This document shows positions 29,850 through 36,075 of a stretch of DNA of 64,000 nt, piece by piece. Under the pieces are notes generated by a model. That model did no database searches. It was not told the DNA's origin and saw only the letters and a list, made by a program, of their open reading frames with translations. Position 1 is the first letter of the stretch. Each line of letters starts with the position of its first letter. The position numbers and the translations under genes are program-made. The stretch lies in the IMG/VR virus record IMGVR_UViG_3300017783_000003, positions 32,001 through 96,000 of that record; one strand, written 5' to 3'. The DNA comes from a virus.

Positions 29850-29905
29850 GACAGTCCTCCAAGTGGCACAGAGACCTTGACAAACCCTCGGAAATCGAGT
29901 ATATT
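29850..29905 (+). promoter_or_regulatory. Early promoter with palindromic element (copy 3)
   Basis: GACAGT-N6-AGTGGCAC, then TTGACA-N17-TATATT. Confidence 0.8.
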
Positions 29906-30027
29906 GGGTACATCGAGGTTGAGGGATTGGCAACTTTCCTAAAAGTTCGATAAATCAGAAATCTCAAAAACTTAAAAAGTTTAAATAATGAGATTTTTTA
30001 ATTTTAAAAGTTAACCATTAACCATCT

Positions 30028-30264
30028 ATGACTTCTTTCACTAATTTGACTTCATCTGCTATTAACAAAGTAGAAGTAAATGACAGTAATGTTATGATTA
30101 CTTACACTACTAGTGGTAATGAATACAAATATGCTCTAAATGGTATTAATAGTGTTGATTTTGTCAATACTATGAATGATATTGTCCAAAATGGTCGTTC
30201 TGTTGGCAAATTCGTCAACAAATCGATCAAAGAGGACAAAACTCTTCAGATTATCTCAATCTGA
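30028..30264 (+). CDS. KTSC-like small protein
   Basis: TSSAI..V....V.ITY..G.EY.Y......SVGKFVNKSIK pattern. Confidence 0.55.
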   Translation: MTSFTNLTSSAINKVEVNDSNVMITYTTSGNEYKYALNGINSVDFVNTMNDIVQNGRSVGKFVNKSIKEDKTLQIISI

Positions 30265-30293
30265 CTCTAAATAGTACACAATTTCACCGAACA

Positions 30294-30455
30294 ATGGCAA
30301 AATCGAGTCAAAAATACACTGAATCCCCTAAAGAAACCTTTCGGGATGATTACGAGGATTTCGGTTATCAAGTCCAGAATAAGAAGCGTTATTCAAAAAG
30401 AAATAAACGCAAATCTAAATTCAAAGACGATGATGTGTACGCAGACTATGAATGA
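30294..30455 (+). CDS. Small charged protein (53 aa, MAKSSQKYTESPK..KKRYSKRNKRKSKFKDDD..)
   Basis: Translated by hand; CTAAATA late site at 30267. Confidence 0.6.
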   Translation: MAKSSQKYTESPKETFRDDYEDFGYQVQNKKRYSKRNKRKSKFKDDDVYADYE

Positions 30456-30488
30456 TACCAAAGTATGATGAATGATGCATCCCACCCA

Positions 30489-30544
30489 ACCAGTTCTAGA
30501 GGTGGCACACAGTCGCTTCCAGAGGGGTCTGGTGGGACTATTGT
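30489..30544 (+). promoter_or_regulatory. Early promoter with palindromic element (copy 4)
   Basis: ACCAGT-N6-GGTGGCAC, then TATTGT at 30539. Confidence 0.7.
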
Positions 30545-30569
30545 AGACAAGAGTCAACCAACGAATTCA

Positions 30570-30737
30570 ATGAAGGACTACGGCAACGGCATCCACGCTT
30601 CAAGTGACTGGTTAGCAGACATTGCTCGTCAGTGCATTGAGCGTGAGATGATGCAACGTCAAGCACGTCTAGCATCATACAAAGATGACGATGACAGTGG
30701 ACAGTGGGGAATCTGGAACATCAGCGACAGACATTGA
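30570..30737 (+). CDS. Early small protein (MKDYGNGIHASS..GQWGIWNISDRH)
   Basis: Start reassigned downstream of promoter copy 4. Confidence 0.6.
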   Translation: MKDYGNGIHASSDWLADIARQCIEREMMQRQARLASYKDDDDSGQWGIWNISDRH

Positions 30738-30755
30738 CCCCTGACCCTGTAGACT
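30700..30755 (+). promoter_or_regulatory. Early promoter with degenerate palindromic element (copy 5), inside the upstream CDS
   Basis: GACAGT-N6-TCTGGAAC, then TAGACT at 30750 with the same spacing as the other copies. Confidence 0.55.
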
Positions 30756-30779
30756 AATCAAGTAAACAAACACAAGACC

Positions 30780-31001
30780 ATGAACGACACGCTGATCAAC
30801 TTCCGAGACGAAGCACTCCGCCTAGTGGAAGAGGGACACGATGCCCAGCACATGTTGCTCTGCTGCTTAAAGTACATGAGTCAGGATGATGTTGAGGACA
30901 TGCTTAAGATGAATGAATTCATGAATCCTCCAGAAATGGAAGAAGATGAAGATGATTGGTTTACTGATCCTAACAGTGTTGCAAGTTATCATCATTATTG
31001 A
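30780..31001 (+). CDS. Conserved cyanophage early protein
   Basis: RDEALRLVEEG...LLCCLKYMSQDDVEDMLKMNE motif. Confidence 0.7.
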   Translation: MNDTLINFRDEALRLVEEGHDAQHMLLCCLKYMSQDDVEDMLKMNEFMNPPEMEEDEDDWFTDPNSVASYHHY

Positions 31002-31018
31002 AAACTTGTAAAAGTCAG

Positions 31019-31058
31019 AAAGTGAGATTTTTAAGAAAGTTAATTATCTCACTTTTTT
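31019..31058 (+). terminator. Hairpin with T-run after the early operon
   Basis: AAAGTGAGAT / ATCTCACTTT 10-bp stem followed by Ts. Confidence 0.45.
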
Positions 31059-31161
31059 CAATATTAAACTTTAAACATATTCTTTTACTATTAAACTTTA
31101 ACTGTTAAACTATAATAAGAAAATAGATTATTAAATAACAATATATTAACAATATACAATA

Positions 31162-31281
31162 TATTACTAATATAAACATACTGTCTATTACTAATACTAA
31201 CTCTCTAAGTATTACTAATACAAACTCACTGTCTATTACTAATACTAACTCACTGTGTATTAGTAATACTAATCCAATCTA
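31162..31281. repeat. Tandem array of five 24-bp units (TATTACTAATACTAACTCACTGTC-like)
   Basis: Units start at 31162, 31186, 31210, 31234, 31258; preceded by an AT-rich tract 31060-31160. Confidence 0.9.
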
Positions 31282-31295
31282 ATTGCATTCTTATT

Positions 31296-31481
31296 ATGAA
31301 CCCAACTCTAATGATTTCACTCCTCCGTAAAGGAAGAAATGGGGAAGAAATCCTCTCCATTCTTGATATCATCACCGACAATCCTAGCACCAAAGTGATG
31401 CAAACTGTCGAGGCGTTAGGTGACACTATCTCTCGGGGAGTTAGTATCAATCAAGGTAGTCCAGAACCCGTGGAAATCTAG
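31296..31481 (+). CDS. Small hypothetical protein (MNPTLMISLLRKGRNGEEILSILDII)
   Basis: ORF track; L+..+NG.E+L.ILD motif seen in cyanophages. Confidence 0.6.
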   Translation: MNPTLMISLLRKGRNGEEILSILDIITDNPSTKVMQTVEALGDTISRGVSINQGSPEPVEI

Positions 31482-31488
31482 TTACCAT

Positions 31489-31545
31489 GTGACACTAATA
31501 CTAGTGGCACAAACATTTACTTTTTGGGTGTGGATGCTGTATTGT
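31489..31545 (+). promoter_or_regulatory. Early promoter with palindromic element (copy 6)
   Basis: GTGACACT-N6-AGTGGCAC, TTTACT, then TATTGT at 31540. Confidence 0.75.
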
Positions 31546-31574
31546 AGTTTCAAGTCAAACAATTGTTTAAAACA

Positions 31575-32303
31575 ATGCTTCGCTTTTCACACGGTAACGC
31601 AAAACTTAACCGTAACACGGTTATTTTCAACTTGCCTGCAGGATTCACTTGCCCTGGTGCTTTAAATTGTCTCTCAATGGCGGTTTTAGGTGACAACGGC
31701 AAAAGGACAATTAAAGACGGTAAATTCACTGAATTCCGTTGTTTTGCTGCCTCCAGTGAGGTTCAATACGACGCAGTTTATAACAACCGTCAAGACAATT
31801 TCAAAACAATTGTTAAAGCATTGCGTGATGGAAATGCTGCTGATCTTATTAACGAAGGTTTGCAGAATGCACGTAAGAAAGCAACAACTAAGGTCAGGAT
31901 TCACGAGTCTGGCGATTTCTTCAATGCCGAGTATTTGATGGCGTGGGTGTTAGTTGCACAGCACAATCCTGATCTTAAGTTTTACTGCTACTCAAAGAAT
32001 CTTCCACTATTTGTTGGTTTGCAGTTGCCCTCTAATTTTTACTTAACAGCATCATATGGGGGTAAGTTTGACAACTTAATCGATGACGGGTTGTTTACAC
32101 GTTACGCTAAAGTTTTCATGTCTGAAGATGATGCAAACCGTGCGGGTCTTAAAGTAGACTCACAGGATAATTCTTGCTTCGAGAATGGTCCTTTCGCCCT
32201 GTTAGTTCATGGTACTCAACCCAAGGGATCTGACTGGGGGAAAGCATCACGAAACAACCGCAAGATTCAGAAGGCAAAAGTAAAACAACCTGTTGCCGCT
32301 TAA
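31575..32303 (+). CDS. GP88-like protein (Cys-triad, radical-SAM-like)
   Basis: GNAKL...FNLPAGFTCPGALNC...RCFAA...VRIHESGDFF...YCYSK motifs of the GP88 family. Confidence 0.7.
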   Translation: MLRFSHGNAKLNRNTVIFNLPAGFTCPGALNCLSMAVLGDNGKRTIKDGKFTEFRCFAASSEVQYDAVYNNRQDNFKTIVKALRDGNAADLINEGLQNARKKATTKVRIHESGDFFNAEYLMAWVLVAQHNPDLKFYCYSKNLPLFVGLQLPSNFYLTASYGGKFDNLIDDGLFTRYAKVFMSEDDANRAGLKVDSQDNSCFENGPFALLVHGTQPKGSDWGKASRNNRKIQKAKVKQPVAA

Positions 32304-32316
32304 GTGTAAACAATGT

Positions 32317-32373
32317 GTGCCACATGTATTTGTGGCACTAACATTTACCATTTGATTTTAAATCGTGTATTGT
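32317..32373 (+). promoter_or_regulatory. Early promoter with perfect palindrome (copy 7)
   Basis: GTGCCACA-N6-TGTGGCAC, TTTACC, then TATTGT at 32368. Confidence 0.8.
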
Positions 32374-32398
32374 ATATACAAGTTAATCAATTCTTTAC

Positions 32399-32608
32399 AT
32401 GTTGACCGCAAACTGGGCAGTTCAACCATCATCATGGAGCAATTTTGATCCTCACGGGTGTACGTGGGCAACCGACATTAATCACGCCTATCGTTTATTC
32501 AGTGCATGGAGTGAGGATGTAACAGTGTGGATTATTCCTCACAATGGTAATCCTTACCGTTGGACCACTAAGTTATACATAGAGGGGCAAAAAGATATTT
32601 CAAACTAA
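32399..32608 (+). CDS. Trp-rich small early protein
   Basis: NWAVQPSSWSNFDPHGCTWATDINHAY..GNPYRW. Confidence 0.6.
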   Translation: MLTANWAVQPSSWSNFDPHGCTWATDINHAYRLFSAWSEDVTVWIIPHNGNPYRWTTKLYIEGQKDISN

Positions 32609-32619
32609 TATCCAAAACG

Positions 32620-32671
32620 GTAGCAACCGATACCGTTTCACGGTTGCACCCTGCATCAAAACTGCTATGAT
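32620..32671 (+). promoter_or_regulatory. NtcA-type box upstream of a sigma70 -10
   Basis: GTA-GCAACCGA-TAC (GTA-N8-TAC) within CGGTA..TACCG; TATGAT at 32666. Confidence 0.5.
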
Positions 32672-32728
32672 ACGGATAAGCGAGGGGGGAGGAAACAACC
32701 CCACCGCCTAACACTTTCTTTAGATTTC

Positions 32729-33031
32729 ATGATCGCTTCAACTCGTTTCTTCGTTCTCACTAACAACGCAGAATCTCTTGCTCACGCTGTCATCAACAAC
32801 CCCAAAATTGTTGGACGCCGCCGTGCTGCTATGCTCTTTAATCTTGCCTTCTTGGGTAACACTAAAGCAGAACGAAAATTGGGTCGTGATGCACTCAAAT
32901 CCGCTGCAAAAGCAGCGAACCGTCATAAAGTTTTCTTTCGTGGCGAGGTGTTACATAGTGACCGTGTTTTCAACAAAGCATCAAACGCTAGGTTGCAGAA
33001 TTGGGCACAAAATGTTAACACCCCTGTCTAA
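32729..33031 (+). CDS. Basic hypothetical protein (100 aa)
   Basis: First ATG after the promoter; R/K/A-rich. Confidence 0.55.
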   Translation: MIASTRFFVLTNNAESLAHAVINNPKIVGRRRAAMLFNLAFLGNTKAERKLGRDALKSAAKAANRHKVFFRGEVLHSDRVFNKASNARLQNWAQNVNTPV

Positions 33032-33047
33032 GGGTTAGCATCACATA

Positions 33048-33063
33048 GGGGGAGCAATCCCCC
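33048..33063 (+). other. GC stem with GCAA tetraloop (intergenic hairpin)
   Basis: GGGGGA-GCAA-TCCCCC; no immediate T-run. Confidence 0.5.
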
Positions 33064-33089
33064 ACCTATTAATCACACTTTTCTTTCAA

Positions 33090-33365
33090 ATGTCTCTCTC
33101 CTTCGATATCGCTGATTCCATGATCTTTCGTGAGTTCAGTGATAGTGAATCATCTGCAATCCATTGTCTCTCAGTGTTACATAACAACGTAACAATTGGA
33201 TTCAAAAGTGATATCTCAAAGCAGTATATCTTCCGAGGTAGTGTTAAGTTTATCGCACACATTCGTGCCCTCTTAACTAACTGGAATTCCGATGAAATTA
33301 GCATCGGTTCAGTGATAGCGAAAGCACGTAAATCAGGAGATCTCGAAATTATCAACAATTTCTAA
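33090..33365 (+). CDS. Second KTSC-like small protein
   Basis: ESSAI..L.V....V.I.F.S...KQY.F......SIGSVIAKARK pattern. Confidence 0.5.
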   Translation: MSLSFDIADSMIFREFSDSESSAIHCLSVLHNNVTIGFKSDISKQYIFRGSVKFIAHIRALLTNWNSDEISIGSVIAKARKSGDLEIINNF

Positions 33366-33393
33366 TCTCTTATCTATTAATAATAGACAGTAG

Positions 33394-33421
33394 GCGATGT
33401 ATTCTTTACATCGCTTTTTTT
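33394..33421 (+). terminator. Intrinsic terminator closing the early region
   Basis: GCGATGTA-TTCTT-TACATCGC followed by T7. Confidence 0.75.
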
Positions 33422-33445
33422 ATGTGTAAAAATATAATGTTAATC

Positions 33446-33552
33446 AGCACTGTTTAATTATAATTACATAGCACTGTTTAATAGTTATTACACAGCACTG
33501 TTTAATTAATAACACAGTTAATCGTTATTAGCCCTTAATTGTTATTAAGCCC
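33446..33552. repeat. Three AGCACTGTTTAAT repeats at 24-bp period plus two TTAATYGTTATTA(A)GCCC repeats
   Basis: Starts at 33446, 33470, 33494; then 33518 and 33535. Confidence 0.85.
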
Positions 33553-33606
33553 GAGCGCCCCCAAAAAAGTACCTTCTTTCTAAGCTATAAACGTTTCCAG
33601 ACGCTC

Positions 33607-33614
33607 GATAAATA
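33607..33614 (+). promoter_or_regulatory. Late promoter (GATAAATA)
   Basis: TAAATA core upstream of the baseplate-associated operon. Confidence 0.5.
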
Positions 33615-33676
33615 TTAAGAGGAAATCCCAATCCAAAAAAATTCGCCCAGAAAAAAATACCCCCCAGAGTCGAGCA

Positions 33677-33895
33677 ATGAAAAACCGAGTTACTTACAAG
33701 ACTAAAGATGGTTCATTGAAAGAGCAAGTATTCGACGACTTCAATGAATTCGCAGATCTCGTACAGGATGCGGCAGTGGATTACTTCGCCACTGGCATGG
33801 TGCCTGAGATGAGTGTACTAAGTCAATACGATAATATGACAAAACAAGAAAAGGTGACTAATAATGAGCAACCAGAAAGAGAATTCCTTGACTGA
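33677..33895 (+). CDS. Hypothetical protein
   Basis: ORF track. Confidence 0.65.
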   Translation: MKNRVTYKTKDGSLKEQVFDDFNEFADLVQDAAVDYFATGMVPEMSVLSQYDNMTKQEKVTNNEQPEREFLD

Positions 33896-34040
33896 GAGGA
33901 TTGAGGCACTCGAAAATGTGCTCATGAATTTAAAGTTAATGTACAAACCCCCTGGCGGGGAGCATAAAAATATCACAGAATACTTAGATACGGTGGAGGA
34001 ACGATTAAATGCCCTTTCTAGTCGGCAAGACATCAGTTGA
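33864..34040 (+). CDS. Small conserved protein (58 aa, ..LMYKPPGGEHKNITEYLD..)
   Basis: Translated by hand; overlaps both neighbours. Confidence 0.55.
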   Translation: MSNQKENSLTERIEALENVLMNLKLMYKPPGGEHKNITEYLDTVEERLNALSSRQDIS

Positions 34041-34377
34041 TACTGCTGAGACTGATGGAAACTGCATATATCCTGCAAAGCCCTTGGGCGGGGCACCTAC
34101 CGTGTCTCCGAATGTCTTTGTGAACGGGTCACCGTTAGAAAGTTATGACGTTACGTCAGTACCTGACCAAGTTGATGGTATCAAAGTCAACCCATTGATT
34201 CCAGTACCGTGTATACCTGGAGTTAGGGTGGTGACTCCTGCTGTGAACCTTACAGTGTTTATAAACGGCACATTACCTGCAGTGCAGGGAGATGATTCAT
34301 CTAGGGTGGGTGGTATACCGAGAAAAATTGTAGGACCGTTTCAGCATCTGAATGTTCATATTGGATCTAACTTATGA
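34009..34377 (+). CDS. PAAR-like spike tip protein (gp5.4-like)
   Basis: SPNVFVNG..., TVFINGTLPAVQGD repeats; position upstream of gp25. Confidence 0.6.
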   Translation: MPFLVGKTSVDTAETDGNCIYPAKPLGGAPTVSPNVFVNGSPLESYDVTSVPDQVDGIKVNPLIPVPCIPGVRVVTPAVNLTVFINGTLPAVQGDDSSRVGGIPRKIVGPFQHLNVHIGSNL

Positions 34378-34880
34378 GTTTAATATATTATGACCAAGTA
34401 TTTGAAGATTTAAAAGATCTCGAATATATTTGTAGGACGAGAGAGTGGGTAAAGCATGAGAGACATGTAGAGCGTATGAGTTGTGCTCTAAGACCTTCTG
34501 AGCGTCTCGATCCTCATGAGATATACAATGTGTATACAAAGTATATTGGAGAGTACCATACATTCAAATTAAACCCAAGCAATGTCGATTGTAAGTTAGC
34601 ACAATACAAAGTAGGACAGTCCATGGGATGGCATGATGACTATGGTAGTCCTATTCCATATACAAATCAAAAGAATCCAGGTGGACGTAGACAAATTACG
34701 AGTATTACTTATATTAATGACGATTATGATGGAGGTGAGACAGAATTTAAGAATGGTACGTTAATTACTCCGAGGGCAGGATACACTCTTATATTCCCGT
34801 CACACTGGTCGTTCAGGCATAGAGGTAAGGAAGTAACCAAAGGGACCAAATGGATCTTTGTAGAGCACCTGTGGGGTTGA
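34374..34880 (+). CDS. 2OG-Fe(II) oxygenase
   Basis: MGWHDD, RQITSITYINDDYDGGETEF, FPSHWSFRHRG, TKW. Confidence 0.88.
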   Translation: MSLIYYDQVFEDLKDLEYICRTREWVKHERHVERMSCALRPSERLDPHEIYNVYTKYIGEYHTFKLNPSNVDCKLAQYKVGQSMGWHDDYGSPIPYTNQKNPGGRRQITSITYINDDYDGGETEFKNGTLITPRAGYTLIFPSHWSFRHRGKEVTKGTKWIFVEHLWG

Positions 34881-34925
34881 CAGGAGCGTTATGGGCGTGT
34901 TATACTGAGCGAGTTCAACTAAATA
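34877..34925 (+). promoter_or_regulatory. Tandem sigma70 (TTGACA-N18-TATACT) and late (ACTAAATA) promoters
   Basis: -35 at 34877, -10 at 34901, late box at 34918. Confidence 0.65.
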
Positions 34926-34932
34926 GTAAGTT

Positions 34933-35079
34933 ATGGCAAAACGTCCGTCGCTCACATCAAATGGTGTTTTTATCGAGTCTACTCCAAAGAAGTCTAGGCA
35001 GGGTCAAGGAAAGAATACAAAGTATGCAGCGTCTTCTAGGAATGGAGCAAAGAAGCCTTATAGAGGTCAGGGTAGATGA
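34933..35079 (+). CDS. Small basic conserved protein (48 aa, ..PKKSRQGQGKNTKYAASSRNGAKKPYRGQGR)
   Basis: Translated by hand; the YRGQG family is conserved near gp25 in cyanomyoviruses. Confidence 0.75.
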   Translation: MAKRPSLTSNGVFIESTPKKSRQGQGKNTKYAASSRNGAKKPYRGQGR

Positions 35080-35488
35080 GTGGATTCGCCGTTTAACGAA
35101 ACCCCAATTCAAAATGGGCGGATATAGCATCTGTCCATATGCTAGTAATGCCAAATATATTGTAATAGAATCGACAATTAGCGATGTCACTCCAGTTGTT
35201 GGAGTCGATGTCGCTATTTTTGTAATCAATCATGATATTACATTTGATCATTTGGTAGATTGGCGGAACTCGTTAAATAGGAGATATAAAGATTATATCT
35301 TTCTTGAGGATCACAAAGACGATCCCACTTTTATTAATGGAATTCAGACAAATTTCAACAAGGGAAATTTGATGCTTTGTCAAGAACGTACGGGTCTTTT
35401 AAAAGCAAGGAATACTTTGTCTAAAACAGAGTATTACGAATATTGGTCAACCGAAATGCATAGGAGGATTGTTAAAGATGGCAAATAG
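35017..35488 (+). CDS. Hypothetical protein (GGYSICPYA motif)
   Basis: Track ORF 34850..35488; the upstream part overlaps promoters, so the start is uncertain. Confidence 0.55.
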
Positions 35489-35651
35489 TCCAACAGACGT
35501 GAGTAGCGAATTTATCGAAGCGGGGATGACTCTGATATCACAACCAGCGAGCGACCGCTGGTTGAAGTTATCGAGTGACCGCAAAAAAACGAGGGAATTA
35601 AATCAGTTTCTTAGCAAATCAGAATGGAACGATGGATACGTTGGGAAATGA
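35478..35651 (+). CDS. Conserved small protein (MANSPTD..FIEAGMTLI)
   Basis: GGAGG Shine-Dalgarno. Confidence 0.65.
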   Translation: MANSPTDVSSEFIEAGMTLISQPASDRWLKLSSDRKKTRELNQFLSKSEWNDGYVGK

Positions 35652-35653
35652 AG

Positions 35654-35661
35654 ACTAAATA
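35654..35661 (+). promoter_or_regulatory. Late promoter (ACTAAATA)
   Basis: Directly upstream of gp25. Confidence 0.6.
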
Positions 35662-35673
35662 ATAAGAAACGTT

Positions 35674-36075
35674 TTGTGTCCAGTGCCGCAATTTCAGACT
35701 TTCAAAGATCTTTCCATCACTTTTAGAAAGCATCCCATCACAGACGACTTGATTGTTGTCAAAGGGGATGCTGCAATTAAACAAGCGGTTGTCAATTTAT
35801 TATTGACTAATCGTGGGGAAAGACTCTTTAATTCTGAAATTGGGTCTGGAATTACCAATTTATTATTTGAACCTCTAGATTATGGTACTGCAGCGTTAGT
35901 AAACGCAGAAATTACACGAACTTTAGAAGATTACGAACCAAGAATTCGTATCGAAACTCTAACAGTTGTGCCTAACTTTGAAGATAATGGTTTTGAAGTA
36001 GGTCTTGAATTTGAAGTTGTCGGTCGTGATGATTTACCACTAAACGTAGAATTCTTCTTAGAGAGATCACGATAA
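35674..36075 (+). CDS. gp25: Baseplate wedge subunit gp25
   Basis: FKDLSITF..HPITDDL..AIKQAV.NLLLT.RGERLFN..GS..LFEP..YEPRI. Confidence 0.92.
   Translation: MCPVPQFQTFKDLSITFRKHPITDDLIVVKGDAAIKQAVVNLLLTNRGERLFNSEIGSGITNLLFEPLDYGTAALVNAEITRTLEDYEPRIRIETLTVVPNFEDNGFEVGLEFEVVGRDDLPLNVEFFLERSR

Noticed and set aside
30465-30569. N-terminal extension of track ORF 30465..30737
   Set aside because: It overlaps early promoter copy 4; ATG 30570 is the more plausible start.
31162-33552. Repeat arrays as CRISPR or mini-CRISPR
   Set aside because: Units are 24 bp in total with at most 11-nt AT-rich variable parts, too short for spacers; no cas genes in the window.
20360-33676. tRNA genes, introns, homing endonucleases, photosynthesis genes
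   Set aside because: No cloverleaf or T-loop pattern, HNH/GIY-YIG/LAGLIDADG motif or psbA/hli-like sequence recognised by eye; tRNAscan-SE and HMM searches would be needed to exclude them fully.
34850-35016. N-terminal part of track ORF 34850..35488
   Set aside because: It overlaps two promoters and the conserved 48-aa YRGQG gene in another frame.
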